Positions 35,352 to 45,352 are shown, numbered from the stretch's first letter. The stretch is 51,603 nucleotides of DNA from Roseomonas sp. (GCA_044348345.1 JBIKSZ010000001.1:1-51603); one strand, 5' to 3'. Made by a program: numbers and translations. Notes: a model not told the origin generated them from the letters alone.

Positions 35352-36025
35352 GCAACCAGACCCGCCCCGACTTCTTCGAGCATGACAGCGAGCCGGTGCG
35401 GGGCCTGCCGGCCCCGCTGCCGGCAGGCGAGACGCTGCTGTGGCAGGGCGCGCCCCGCTTCAACGGCCTCGCGCGGCGGGCGCTGCATCTGCGCTGGATG
35501 TCCGTGTACTTCCTGATCCTCGCGCTGTGGCGGGGCACGGCACTGGTCGCGGGCGGCGCCAGCCATGTCGCTGTGCTGCAAGGCATGGCGCTGGTCCTCG
35601 CGGTCGGCACCATCCCGATCGCGCTGCTGGTGCTCTATGGTTGGGCCTCGGCGCGCAGCACGGTCTACACCGTCACGTCGCGGCGCGTGGTGATCCGCAC
35701 GGGCGTCGCCTTGCCGATGACGGTCAATATCCCCTTCGCGGTCATCGGCAGCGCGGCGGTCGCCCAGCATGCGGATGGCACGGGCGACATCGCGCTGCAG
35801 ATCACGCCGCCGCATCGCGTGTCCTGGCTGGGGCTCTGGCCGCACACCCGGTCCTGGCACGTCTCGAAGCCGCAGCCGACGCTGCGCGCCGTCGCCGAGC
35901 CCGAGGCGGTGGCGCAGCTTCTGGCCCGCGCCCTGGCCGGTGCCGCCGCGATGCCGGTCCGCGCCCTTGCGTCCCAGCCAATCGGTCGCGCTGCCGGCAA
36001 GCCGGCAGCCGAGGCGATGGCCTGA
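35348..36025 (+). CDS. puhB: Photosynthetic complex assembly protein PuhB
   Basis: EPVRGLPAPLPAGETLLWQGAP, YTVTSRRVV, LWPH; ATGA overlap with puhA. Confidence 0.92.
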   Translation: MSNQTRPDFFEHDSEPVRGLPAPLPAGETLLWQGAPRFNGLARRALHLRWMSVYFLILALWRGTALVAGGASHVAVLQGMALVLAVGTIPIALLVLYGWASARSTVYTVTSRRVVIRTGVALPMTVNIPFAVIGSAAVAQHADGTGDIALQITPPHRVSWLGLWPHTRSWHVSKPQPTLRAVAEPEAVAQLLARALAGAAAMPVRALASQPIGRAAGKPAAEAMA

Positions 36026-36037
36026 GAGGAGGCGGGG

Positions 36038-36487
36038 ATGGCCAGCGCACTTCTCCGCAACGGCGCCCTGCCCCGCGGCATGGTGCTGGGCACCATGATC
36101 GTCATGGCGGGCACGCTCGTCCTGGCGACGCTCGGCCATGACGCGCCGGTCAACCCAGCCTCGGCCGGCCTGCAGCCAACCGCCTCCCGCGATCTGCGCT
36201 TCTCTGACCGGGCGGATGGCGCGGTGGTGGTGACGAATGCGCAGACCGGGCGCGAGGTGGATGTGGTGGAGCCGGGCACGGAGGGTTTCGTGCGCGGCGC
36301 CATGCGCGGCCTGGTGCGCCAGCGGCGCCTTGCGGAGATCGGGCCGGACATGCCGTTCCGCCTGAGCGTCTGGCCCGATGGCCGGATCACGCTGCAGGAT
36401 ACGGCAAACGGCAACACGATGGAGTTGCATGCCTTCGGCCGGACGAATGCCGAAGCCTTCTTGCGTCTTTTGTCAGCAGAGGAGTGA
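36038..36487 (+). CDS. puhC: Photosynthetic complex assembly protein PuhC
   Basis: LRFSDRADGAVVV, GFVRGAMRGLVRQR, ELHAFGRTN. Confidence 0.9.
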   Translation: MASALLRNGALPRGMVLGTMIVMAGTLVLATLGHDAPVNPASAGLQPTASRDLRFSDRADGAVVVTNAQTGREVDVVEPGTEGFVRGAMRGLVRQRRLAEIGPDMPFRLSVWPDGRITLQDTANGNTMELHAFGRTNAEAFLRLLSAEE

Positions 36488-36494
36488 GAACGCC

Positions 36495-36812
36495 ATGACG
36501 GACCACTGGGGAGTGGGCCGGGCGATTTTCGGCGGTCGAACCGTCGAGGTGCCCTGCACAGTGGAAATCGAGAGGACTGCGGAGTTCTTCCACGCGAATG
36601 CGATCCCCGAAGGGATCGAGCTGCGCCCGGGCGACCGGGTGCTGGTCCACGGCACGCCTGATCATATCGCGTTCGGGGAGCGCATCTCCTTCGCGACGAC
36701 GGCCACCGTCTATCGCGCCGGCCCGATCGAACGCTTCTGGACGCAATGGTCGGCGCTGTTCGAGCTGACGGAGCTCTATCACTGCGGCTTTGAGCCCAAG
36801 GAGGTCGCATGA
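36495..36812 (+). CDS. bciE: Accessory subunit of the O2-dependent cyclase (BciE-like)
   Basis: [25 protein letters not shown]; ~105 aa, directly upstream of acsF as with Rhodobacter sphaeroides BciE. Confidence 0.8.
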   Translation: MTDHWGVGRAIFGGRTVEVPCTVEIERTAEFFHANAIPEGIELRPGDRVLVHGTPDHIAFGERISFATTATVYRAGPIERFWTQWSALFELTELYHCGFEPKEVA

Positions 36813-37885
36813 ACGCCATGGCGCCCGCCGGGCGCCCCTCCTCCACGAGCGAGAGCACGCAGCTCGCGCTGACGGAGACGGTCCTCTCGCCGCGCTTCTA
36901 CACCACGGATTTCGCCGCCATGGACGCGATCAGCGTCGAGAGCGTGCGCGAGCAGTGGGACAGGCTGATGGCGGAGTTCCACGCCGATCCGAACAAGGGT
37001 CACTTCATCCGCACCGCCGAATTCGACGCCTTCGATCTGAAGACGCTGCCGGAGCCGCTGCAGAAGGAGTTGCTGGAATTCCTCGTCAGCAGCGTCACTG
37101 CCGAATTCTCAGGCTGCGTGCTCTACGCCGAGATCAAGAAGCGCGTCACGAACCCGGATATGAAGGATCTGTTCGGCGTCATGGCGCGTGATGAAAGCCG
37201 CCATGCCGGCTTCATCAACGACACGCTGAAGGACATGAATGTCGGTGTGGATCTGGGCTTCCTGACGAAGGCCAAGAAGTACCACTACTTCCAGCCGAAG
37301 TTCATCTTCTACGCGACCTACCTGTCTGAGAAGATCGGCTATGCGCGCTACATCACGATCTTCCGGCAGTTCGAGCGCCACCCCGAGCTTCGCTTCCACC
37401 CGATCTTCAAGTGGTTCGAGAAGTGGTGCAACGACGAGTTCCGCCATGGCGAGGCCTTCGCGCTGCTGATGCGCGCGAACCCTGATCTGGTGAAGGGCGT
37501 CAACCGGCTCTGGGCGCGGTTCTTCCAGTTGGCGGTCTTCGCGACGATGTTCGTCCGCGATCACGCCCGGCCGGAATTCCACAAGGCGCTCGGCATGGAC
37601 GCGACGGATTACGACATGCGCGTCTTCCGCATCACGGAGGAGATCTGCCGCCAGGTCTTCCCCGACACGCTCGACGTGGACAATCCGGCCTTCCTGCGCA
37701 ACCTGCAGCGCCTGAACGCCATTGCCGAAGCCCTTGGCCGCGCGAAGGCCCAGGGCGGGATCCTCGGCAAGGCGAAGCAGCTGGCGCTGTCCGCGGCGGC
37801 TGCTGGTGTCTTCGCGCGGCTCTATCTCATGCGCCCGCGCCGGCATGCGCTGCCGGACGATGCGCGCCTGTCGCCGGCCTGGTAG
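36809..37885 (+). CDS. acsF: O2-dependent Mg-protoporphyrin IX monomethyl ester cyclase
   Basis: [16 protein letters not shown], di-iron motifs DESRHAG and [18 protein letters not shown]. Confidence 0.97.
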   Translation: MNAMAPAGRPSSTSESTQLALTETVLSPRFYTTDFAAMDAISVESVREQWDRLMAEFHADPNKGHFIRTAEFDAFDLKTLPEPLQKELLEFLVSSVTAEFSGCVLYAEIKKRVTNPDMKDLFGVMARDESRHAGFINDTLKDMNVGVDLGFLTKAKKYHYFQPKFIFYATYLSEKIGYARYITIFRQFERHPELRFHPIFKWFEKWCNDEFRHGEAFALLMRANPDLVKGVNRLWARFFQLAVFATMFVRDHARPEFHKALGMDATDYDMRVFRITEEICRQVFPDTLDVDNPAFLRNLQRLNAIAEALGRAKAQGGILGKAKQLALSAAAAGVFARLYLMRPRRHALPDDARLSPAW

Positions 37886-37900
37886 GCGGGGCGCGCTGGC

Positions 37901-38704
37901 ATGGCCGAATACGGGCTTCCCGCCCTCTTCACGCTGCTCATCTGGTGGTTCAGCACGGGGCTGATCATCTATCTGGATGGGCTGCGGCGGGAGACGTTCC
38001 GCTGGACCATGCTCGGCGCGACCACGCTGCTGCTCGCTGGCCTGTTCGGCCTGCATGCGCTGGCCTGGGATCTCAGCCCGTCCGGGGCCTGGCTTGGCTT
38101 CGTCTGCGGCCTGTTGTGCTGGGCCTGGATCGAGATCGCCTTCCTCACCGGTCTCGTCACGGGGCCGCGGCGCACGGCGATCCCGCCTGGTCTTCAGGGC
38201 TGGGCGCGGCTGCGGGGGGCCTTGGCGGCCATTCTCTGGCACGAGCTGGCCATCATCGCGCTCGCCGCCGCGCTTGTCGCCTTGACATGGGGCGCGCCGA
38301 ACCAAATCGGCACCTGGACCTTCCTGGCGTTCTGGGCGATGCGGCAAAGCGCGAAGCTGAATTTGTATCTCGGTGTCCGGAACCTATCGGAGAATTTCCT
38401 TCCGGATCACTTGCGGTATCTGGAGAGCTTCTTCTCCCGGCGGCCGATGAATTGGCTGTTTCCCTTCTCCATCGTCGTCGGGGTCCTGGCCTGCGTGTTG
38501 CTGGCCCTTGCGGCGCTCTCGCCGGACGCCACCCGGCATGAGGCGGTGGGCTTCACCCTGCTCGCCACCCTCGTGGCGCTGGGTTTGCTTGAGCATATCT
38601 TCATGGTCCTGCCGGTTTCTGCGGACCTGTTGTGGCGCTGGGGTCTTGCGTCGCGCCCCGCGGCGAAGCAGGAGGGACGGCCCGAGCCGTCCACCATCGC
38701 ATGA
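37901..38704 (+). CDS. puhE: Photosynthetic complex assembly protein PuhE
   Basis: WWFSTG, LWHEL, SAKLNLYLGVRN, LLEHIFMVLP. Confidence 0.92.
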   Translation: MAEYGLPALFTLLIWWFSTGLIIYLDGLRRETFRWTMLGATTLLLAGLFGLHALAWDLSPSGAWLGFVCGLLCWAWIEIAFLTGLVTGPRRTAIPPGLQGWARLRGALAAILWHELAIIALAAALVALTWGAPNQIGTWTFLAFWAMRQSAKLNLYLGVRNLSENFLPDHLRYLESFFSRRPMNWLFPFSIVVGVLACVLLALAALSPDATRHEAVGFTLLATLVALGLLEHIFMVLPVSADLLWRWGLASRPAAKQEGRPEPSTIA

Positions 38705-38715
38705 CGCGGGTTGGC

Positions 38716-38729
38716 TTGATCACGATCAA
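38716..38729. promoter_or_regulatory. FNR/FnrL (FixK-type) box upstream of hemA
   Basis: Perfect TTGAT-cacg-ATCAA, 96 bp before the hemA ATG. Confidence 0.85.
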
Positions 38730-38825
38730 TGGGGCGGTGTGGCCCACCTGTCAGGATGCCTGTCGCGCAGCGCCGCCGCGACATGGCCGTAGCCAGATGG
38801 CGCCATCAGGTCGATGGGGGCAAGG

Positions 38826-40037
38826 ATGAACTACGAGAACTTCTTCCGGGCGCAACTCGAAGGTCTGCGGCGTGAGGGTCGTTACCGCGTCTTCGCCGAT
38901 ATCGAGCGGCAGGCCGGCAGCTTCCCCAAGGCCATCCGGCACGATGCCGGCAAGACCCGCGAAGTGACCGTCTGGTGCTCCAACGACTATCTCGGCATGG
39001 GCCAGCACCCGAAGGTGCTCGCGGCCATGCATGAGGCGCTGGACCGTTATGGCGCCGGCGCGGGCGGCACGCGGAACATCTCCGGGACCAACCACATGCA
39101 TGTCCTGCTGGAGCGCGAGCTCGCGGATCTGCATGGCACGGAATCCGCCCTGCTGTTCAACTCCGGCTACATGTCGAACTGGGCGAGCCTGTCCACGCTG
39201 GCCGCGCGGATGCCGGGCTGCATCATCATCTCCGACGAGATGAACCATGCCTCCATGATCGAAGGCATGCGCCACAGCCGTGCGGATCGGCGCCTGTTCC
39301 GCCACAACGACGTCGCCGATCTGCGCCGCATCCTGGCGGAACTGCCGAAGGATGCGCCGAAGCTGATCGCCTTCGAGAGCGTCTATTCGATGGATGGCGA
39401 CATCGCCCCGATCGCGGCCATCTGCGATGCGGCGGACGAATTCGGCGCGATGACCTATTGCGACGAGGTCCATGCCACGGGCCTCTACGGTGCCCGCGGT
39501 GGCGGCATCACCGAGCGTGACGGCGTGGCGCACCGCGTGACCGTGATCGAAGGGACGCTCGCCAAGGCCTTCGGCGTGATCGGCGGCTACATTGCGGGCT
39601 CGACCGCGATGGTGGATTTCGTGCGCAGCTTCGCCTCGGGCTTCATCTTCTCGACCGCCCTGCCGCCGGCGGTTGCCGCTGGCGCGCGCGCTGCGATCCA
39701 GCACCTGAAGCAGAGCGGCGCCGAGCGTGAGGCCCTGCAGGAGCGGGCGCGCATGCTGCGCAAGCGCCTGGATGCCATCAACGTCCCGCACCTCGACAAC
39801 CCGAGCCATATCGTGCCGGTGATGGTGTACGACCCGGTGCAGTGCAAGCGGATCAGCGACATCCTGCTCGACCGCTACGGCGTCTATGTGCAGCCGATCA
39901 ACTACCCCACGGTCCCGCGCGGGACCGAGCGGCTGCGCATCACGCCGAGCCCGGTGCACACCGATGCCGACATGGACCACCTCGTGGAAAGCCTCGAGGC
40001 CGTCTGGTCGCAGTTCCGTCTGCGGCGGGCGGCCTGA
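38826..40037 (+). CDS. hemA: 5-aminolevulinate synthase
   Basis: [29 protein letters not shown] lysine in [22 protein letters not shown]. Confidence 0.97.
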   Translation: MNYENFFRAQLEGLRREGRYRVFADIERQAGSFPKAIRHDAGKTREVTVWCSNDYLGMGQHPKVLAAMHEALDRYGAGAGGTRNISGTNHMHVLLERELADLHGTESALLFNSGYMSNWASLSTLAARMPGCIIISDEMNHASMIEGMRHSRADRRLFRHNDVADLRRILAELPKDAPKLIAFESVYSMDGDIAPIAAICDAADEFGAMTYCDEVHATGLYGARGGGITERDGVAHRVTVIEGTLAKAFGVIGGYIAGSTAMVDFVRSFASGFIFSTALPPAVAAGARAAIQHLKQSGAEREALQERARMLRKRLDAINVPHLDNPSHIVPVMVYDPVQCKRISDILLDRYGVYVQPINYPTVPRGTERLRITPSPVHTDADMDHLVESLEAVWSQFRLRRAA

Positions 40038-41149
40038 TGGACGCGCCCGGGTCTGGTTCTCGGGCCATGCCGGATCACGAGACATCGGCGGGCCGTGGCT
40101 TCGCCGCCGCGCGGAAGCCGGTTGCGCGGCCCGCGCGGCTTGTCTTCCCCTTCAGCGCGATCGTCGGCCAGGACGAGATGAAGCTGGCGCTGCTGATCGC
40201 GGCGGTGGACCCCGCTATCGGCGGCGTCCTTGTCTTCGGCGATCGCGGCACCGGGAAATCCACCACTGTCCGTGCCCTGGCCGCGCTGCTGCCGCCGATG
40301 CGCGCGGTGGCGGGCTGCCCCTTCTCCTGCGACCCCGCGAAGCCCGGCGGCCATTGCGAGGCCTGCCGCGCCGCCGCGCGCCGCGTCGCGCTCAGCGTGC
40401 CCGTGCCGGTGGTGGATCTGCCGCTCGGCGCGACGGAGGACCGCGTCACCGGCGCGCTCGATATCGAGCGTGCGCTGGCCGATGGCGTGAAGGCCTTTGA
40501 GCCCGGCCTGCTGGCCCGCGCGCATCGCGGCTTTCTCTATATCGACGAGGTGAACCTGCTGGAGGATCACCTGGTGGATCTGCTGCTGGATGTCGCGGCC
40601 TCCGGTGAGAATGTCGTCGAGCGCGAAGGCATCAGCATCCGCCATCCCGCCCGCTTCGTGCTGATCGGCAGCGGCAACCCGGAGGAGGGTGAGCTGCGCC
40701 CGCAACTCACGGATCGCTTCGGCCTCGCCGTCGAAGTGCGGACGCCGCGCGACCTGCCGACGCGGATCGAGGTGGTCCGCCGCCGCGATGCGTTCGAACA
40801 GGACCCGAAGCGCTTCGTCCGCGCCTGGGCGAAGGAGGAGGCCGCGATCCGCCGGCGCATCCTGGCCGCGCGGCGCCTGCTGCCGCGGGTCGAGGTGCCG
40901 ACCGAGATGCTGGAGGCCGCGGCGAAGCTCTGCCTCGCGCTCGGCACCGATGGGCTCCGCGGGGAACTGACGCTGATGCGCACCGCCCGCGCGCTGGCGG
41001 CTTTGGATGGCGATCGCGTGGTGACGCTCGATCACATCCGCCGCATCGCGGGGCCTGCGCTGCGGCATCGCCTGCGCCGCGATCCGCTCGACGAAGCCGT
41101 CGCCGGGACGCGGGTGGAGCGTGCCCTCGCCGAGGCCCTGCCCGCGTGA
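40037..41149 (+). CDS. bchI: Magnesium chelatase subunit I
   Basis: FPFSAIVGQDEMK, GDRGTGKS, LYIDEVN, DRFG; TGATG overlap with hemA (alternative ATG about 40067). Confidence 0.95.
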   Translation: MDAPGSGSRAMPDHETSAGRGFAAARKPVARPARLVFPFSAIVGQDEMKLALLIAAVDPAIGGVLVFGDRGTGKSTTVRALAALLPPMRAVAGCPFSCDPAKPGGHCEACRAAARRVALSVPVPVVDLPLGATEDRVTGALDIERALADGVKAFEPGLLARAHRGFLYIDEVNLLEDHLVDLLLDVAASGENVVEREGISIRHPARFVLIGSGNPEEGELRPQLTDRFGLAVEVRTPRDLPTRIEVVRRRDAFEQDPKRFVRAWAKEEAAIRRRILAARRLLPRVEVPTEMLEAAAKLCLALGTDGLRGELTLMRTARALAALDGDRVVTLDHIRRIAGPALRHRLRRDPLDEAVAGTRVERALAEALPA

Positions 41150-42915
41150 CCTCTGGCGCGGGCCACGCCATAACAACGGCCGCGCCCGACCCCGCCGCGG
41201 AGGCGATGCAGGCCGCGCTGCTGCTGGCGGTGGATCCGGCCGGGCTCGGTGGCGCGATCTTGCGTGCGTCGCCAGGACCCGCGCGCGATGCCTGGCTGGC
41301 GCGGCTGCGGGCCGGGTTGCCGGCGGGCACGCCCTGGCGGCGCCTGCCGCTCGGCGTGCCGGATAGCCGGCTGCTCGGCGGGCTCGACCTCGCGGCCACT
41401 CTCGCCGCAGGCCGCCCCGTGGCGGAGCGCGGCGTGCTGGCCGAGGCCGATGGCGGGATCGTGGTGGCCGCGATGGCCGAACGCCTGGATTCCGCAACCG
41501 CCGCACGCATCGTCGCGGTGATGGATCGCGGCGAGGTCTCGGTGCAGCGCGATGGCCTGTCGGCGGAACTTCCCGCGCGGCTCGGCCTGGTCGCGCTGGA
41601 TGAAGGGATCACGCCGGAGGAGGCAGCGCCGGCCGCGCTGCGCGCCCGCTTGGCCTTCCTGCTGGACCTGCCGGCGACAGCGCCCTCTGCCGCCAAGGTG
41701 GATGCGGATGCGATCTGCGCGGCGCGTCTTCGGCTGCCGCGCCTGCAGCCGGATGACAGTTTGACCGAGGCGATGTGCGCCACCGCCGCCGCGCTCGGCA
41801 TTGACGATCTCCGGGCGCCGCTTCTGGCGCTCCGCGCGGCCCGTGCCGCCGCGGCGCTGGCGGGGCGGCACGCGGTGAGCGCCGAGGATGCGGGCCTGGC
41901 CGCCCGGCTTGTCCTGGCACCGCGCGCGACATCCCTGCCGCCGCAGGACCAGCCCGAGGAGCAGCCGCCCGAACCGCCGCCGCCCGATGATCGGCAGGAC
42001 CGGGCGGAGGAGCCCGAGCGCGGCCCCGACCCGAAGGAATTGCAGGAGATGCTGGTCGCGGCGGCCCAGGCCGCACTCCCGGCCGGCCTGCTGGAGGCGC
42101 TGCAACTGCGCGAGGCCGCGCGCAAGCGCCAGGCGGCGGAAGGCAAGGCAGGCGCCCGGCGCGACGCCGCGCAGCGCGGCCGTCCGATTGGGACGCGCGC
42201 TGGCACTTTGCGCGCGGGCGCGCGGCTGGCGCTGGTGGAGACGCTGCGCCACGCCGCGCCCTGGCAGGCGGTGCGCCGGCGCGAACAGCCGCAGGGCCCG
42301 CCCATCCGCGTCCGCAAGGAAGATATCCGCCTCAGGCGCTTCCGGCAGAAGGCCGGCACGACGACGATCTTCGTGGTGGACGCCTCCGGCTCTGCCGCGT
42401 TGCATCGGCTGGGCGAGGCCAAGGGTGCCGTGGAGACGCTGCTGGCGGATTGCTATGTGCGCCGCGACCAGGTCGCGGTCGTGGCCTTCCGTGGTCAGGG
42501 GGCGGAGGTCCTCCTGCCGCCGACGCCCTCGCTCGTGCGGGCGAAGCGCAGCCTGGCCGGTCTGCCGGGTGGCGGGCCGACGCCGCTGGCCTCAGGCCTC
42601 GACGCAGCGGCGGGTCTCGCCGCGGAGTCGGCACGGCGCGGGCGCACCCCTTTGCTGGTGCTGCTGACGGATGGGCGCGCGAATATCGCGCGCGACGGCA
42701 CGCAGGGCCGCCCGGCGGCCGAGGCAGATGCGCTGGCCGCCGCCGCGCCGATCCGCCTGGCCGGGATTCCGACGCTGCTGGTGGATACGTCGCCGCGGCC
42801 GCACCCTTATGCGAAGCGCCTGGCCGAGGCGATGGGCGCGCGCTACCTGCCGCTGCCGGCGGCCGATGCGGTGCGGCTGTCGGGGGCGGTCGCCGCGGCG
42901 CGGCCCGCGGCGTGA
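41146..42915 (+). CDS. bchD: Magnesium chelatase subunit D
   Basis: Degenerate AAA domain LLGGLDL, Pro/acidic linker, vWA MIDAS VDASGS and LTDGRAN. Confidence 0.95.
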   Translation: MTSGAGHAITTAAPDPAAEAMQAALLLAVDPAGLGGAILRASPGPARDAWLARLRAGLPAGTPWRRLPLGVPDSRLLGGLDLAATLAAGRPVAERGVLAEADGGIVVAAMAERLDSATAARIVAVMDRGEVSVQRDGLSAELPARLGLVALDEGITPEEAAPAALRARLAFLLDLPATAPSAAKVDADAICAARLRLPRLQPDDSLTEAMCATAAALGIDDLRAPLLALRAARAAAALAGRHAVSAEDAGLAARLVLAPRATSLPPQDQPEEQPPEPPPPDDRQDRAEEPERGPDPKELQEMLVAAAQAALPAGLLEALQLREAARKRQAAEGKAGARRDAAQRGRPIGTRAGTLRAGARLALVETLRHAAPWQAVRRREQPQGPPIRVRKEDIRLRRFRQKAGTTTIFVVDASGSAALHRLGEAKGAVETLLADCYVRRDQVAVVAFRGQGAEVLLPPTPSLVRAKRSLAGLPGGGPTPLASGLDAAAGLAAESARRGRTPLLVLLTDGRANIARDGTQGRPAAEADALAAAAPIRLAGIPTLLVDTSPRPHPYAKRLAEAMGARYLPLPAADAVRLSGAVAAARPAA

Positions 42916-42921
42916 CGCGCC

Positions 42922-43851
42922 ATGGTGGACCATCCGTCCTGGGAGCATGAGGGGCGGGACTGGCCGAACCGCGAGTCCAGCCGCTTCGTCATGGCCGGCG
43001 GCTTGCGGTGGCATGTGCAGGTGGCGGGGCAGGGGCCGGATCTTCTGCTGGTCCACGGCACGGCCGCGGCCACGCATTCCTGGCGGGATGTTCTGCCGCT
43101 GCTCGCCACCCGCTTCCGCGTGATCGCGCCCGACCTGCCCGGCCATGGCTTCACCAGCCTGCCCGCTGCGCAGCGCCTGTCCCTGCCCTGGATGGCGGCC
43201 AGCCTCGATGCGTTGCTGAAGGCGCTCGGCGCCAATCCTGTGCTGGTCGCGGGGCATTCGGCCGGCGCGGCCGTGCTGCTGCGTTTGGCGCTTGATGGGC
43301 GGATCGCGCCGCGAACGGTCGTCAGCATGAATGGCGCGCTGCTGCCGCTCGGCGAGCGCCATGCGGCCTTCTTCACCAGCGCGGCGCGTATGCTGGTGGG
43401 GCTGCCCTTCGTGCCTTCTCTCTTCGCATGGCGCGCCTCGAACCGCGCGGTGGCGGAGCGCTTGCTGCGCGACACCGGCAGCCGGATCGATGCGCGCGGG
43501 GTGGACCTCTATGCGCGGCTGTTCCGGCATTCCGGCCATGTCGCCGCGGCGCTCGGCATGATGGCGAATTGGGACCTGGCGCCGCTGCTGCACGACCTGC
43601 CGCGCCTCGGGCCGCGTCTGGTGCTGGCGGTCGGCGGCGCCGACCGCACTGTCCCGCCCGCCCAGGCGGGGCGCGTGCGGGCGCGGCTGCCCGCCGCGCG
43701 CATCGTGACGCTGCCCGGCCTCGGCCATTTGGCGCATGAGGAACAGCCAGGGCAGGTGGCCACTCTGCTGGCCCGGCTGCACGATGAAGGGGCGGATGCG
43801 GAAATCGGCTCGCCCTCCGTGTCAATCTTGCCTTACAGTCGTGCCGGCTGA
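42922..43851 (+). CDS. bchO: Alpha/beta hydrolase BchO
   Basis: DWPNRESSRFV, HGTAAATHSW, GHSAG, GHLAHEE; follows bchD. Confidence 0.9.
   Translation: MVDHPSWEHEGRDWPNRESSRFVMAGGLRWHVQVAGQGPDLLLVHGTAAATHSWRDVLPLLATRFRVIAPDLPGHGFTSLPAAQRLSLPWMAASLDALLKALGANPVLVAGHSAGAAVLLRLALDGRIAPRTVVSMNGALLPLGERHAAFFTSAARMLVGLPFVPSLFAWRASNRAVAERLLRDTGSRIDARGVDLYARLFRHSGHVAAALGMMANWDLAPLLHDLPRLGPRLVLAVGGADRTVPPAQAGRVRARLPAARIVTLPGLGHLAHEEQPGQVATLLARLHDEGADAEIGSPSVSILPYSRAG
43820..43837. promoter_or_regulatory. PpsR site inside the bchO 3' end, upstream of crtB
   Basis: Perfect TGT-N12-ACA: TGTCAAtcttgcCTTACA. Confidence 0.75.
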
Positions 43852-43865
43852 CGGCGGAACCCTGC

Positions 43866-44918
43866 ATGCCTCTCCATGAGCCCGAGACGTTGCACGCTGA
43901 CATGGCGGCTTGCCGCGCCATGTTGTCGGGCGGATCCAAATCCTTTGCCGCCGCGGCACGGCTGCTGCCGCGCCGTGTCGCGGAGCCGGCGACCGCGCTC
44001 TACGCCTTCTGCCGCCTGGCCGACGATCTGATCGACGAGGGGGGTGGCGCGGGGGCGCTTGGGCATCTGCGGCAGCGGCTCGATGGCATCTATGCAGCGC
44101 AGCCCTTCGCGCATCCGGCAGACCGTGCTTTTGCGCGCGTGGTCGCCCGCTTCGCCATTCCCCGCGCGCTGCCGGAAGCGCTGCTGGAGGGGCTGGCCTG
44201 GGATGCCGAGGGGCGGCAATGCGCGGACCTCGCGGCGCTCGAAGCCTATGCAGCGCGAGTCGCGGCCGCGGTCGGCGCCATCATGACGCTACTGATGGGC
44301 GTGCGCTGCCCGCGCGCCATTGCGCGGGCCTGCGACCTTGGTGTTGCGATGCAGTTCACCAACATCGCCCGCGATGTCGGGGAAGATGCGCGGAACGGCC
44401 GCCTCTATTTGCCGCATGACTGGCTGCGGGAGGCCGGGATCGAGCCGGCGGACTTCCTCGCCGCGCCGGTCTTCACCCCGGCGCTCGGGCGCGTCATCGC
44501 CAGGCTGCTGAAGGCGGCCGATGTGCTCTATGCCCGGTCCGAGGCTGGCATCGCGCTGCTGCCGCGCGATTGCCGCGCAGGCATCGCAGCGGCGCGATTC
44601 GTCTATGCCGAGATCGGCCGCGAGCTGGAGCGGCGGGGTCTCAATTCCGTGGCGATGCGCGCAGTGGTGCCGGGGCATCGCAAGCTGCGCCTGATGGCGC
44701 GCAGCCTGCACATGCTGGAGGAGCGGGCGGGCGATCAGGCCGCGCCGCCGCTGGCCGGCAATCGCTTCCTGGTGGAGGCGGTGGAGCAGATGCCCGCGGC
44801 CAGCGAGGCCTTGCCGCCCCCGCCCGCCTTCCGCGACCGCCTGCTCTGGGCGGTGGAACTATTCGACCGGCTGGACCGCATGGATCGCGTGCCGATGGGG
44901 TCCGTCAGATCAGCGTGA
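43866..44918 (+). CDS. crtB: Phytoene synthase
   Basis: GSKSF, YAFCRLADDLID, QFTNIARDVGED, GRLYLP. Confidence 0.95.
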   Translation: MPLHEPETLHADMAACRAMLSGGSKSFAAAARLLPRRVAEPATALYAFCRLADDLIDEGGGAGALGHLRQRLDGIYAAQPFAHPADRAFARVVARFAIPRALPEALLEGLAWDAEGRQCADLAALEAYAARVAAAVGAIMTLLMGVRCPRAIARACDLGVAMQFTNIARDVGEDARNGRLYLPHDWLREAGIEPADFLAAPVFTPALGRVIARLLKAADVLYARSEAGIALLPRDCRAGIAAARFVYAEIGRELERRGLNSVAMRAVVPGHRKLRLMARSLHMLEERAGDQAAPPLAGNRFLVEAVEQMPAASEALPPPPAFRDRLLWAVELFDRLDRMDRVPMGSVRSA

Positions 44919-44971
44919 CGCACATCAAGGCCGCGTCTCGCTCGGCACCAGTGCCGTCCCGCAGCCGGCTC

Positions 44972-45106
44972 TCAGCCAACGACGCGCCGGTAAAGGTGCC
45001 AGGTGGCGTGACCCAGCACCGGCAGCACCACCGCCAGGCCGATCCGGCGGATATCCACGGCAGCCGCAGACGCGAAGGATGCTGGAGCGGGCCAACTGCG
45101 TGCCAT
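44972..45106 (-). pseudogene. 44-aa internally deleted DUF2189-like remnant or mini-protein
   Basis: MARSWPAPASFASAAAVDIRRIGLAVVLPVLGHATWHLYRRVVG with a strong GGAGGT RBS. As recalled, IRRIG matches the DUF2189 N-terminus and LPVLGHATWHLYRR its C-terminus. Confidence 0.6.
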
Positions 45107-45243
45107 GGGCACCTCCCGGGTCCGGGACGGCTCGGGCGATCGAGGCGGCTCCGAGCCGTGCAGCCTCCAAGATGGGATGCCCGCGGGCCGCCGGACCTCA
45201 CAAGCGCCGGAGGCCAGCCCATCGAGAGCCCCACCGAAAGCCG

Positions 45244-45296
45244 TTGACTTACGTGTCAAGAAAGACTGACACTTGGAGTGACAAACCGGACTGACG
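45244..45296. promoter_or_regulatory. crtE promoter region with tandem PpsR sites
   Basis: TTGACT at 45244; perfect TGTCAAgaaagaCTGACA (45254-45271); degenerate TGACAAaccggaCTGACG (45279-45296) 7 bp downstream. Confidence 0.75.
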
Positions 45297-45352
45297 CATC
45301 GGGTGGGCCAAGCCGGTTGCGCGCGGCGCCAGATCCGCTTGGGAGACAGGGC

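Noticed and set aside
38761-38783. TGTCGCG...CGCGACA inverted repeat upstream of hemA as a PpsR site
   Set aside because: Spacing is TGT-N17-ACA, not N12; at most a leader hairpin.
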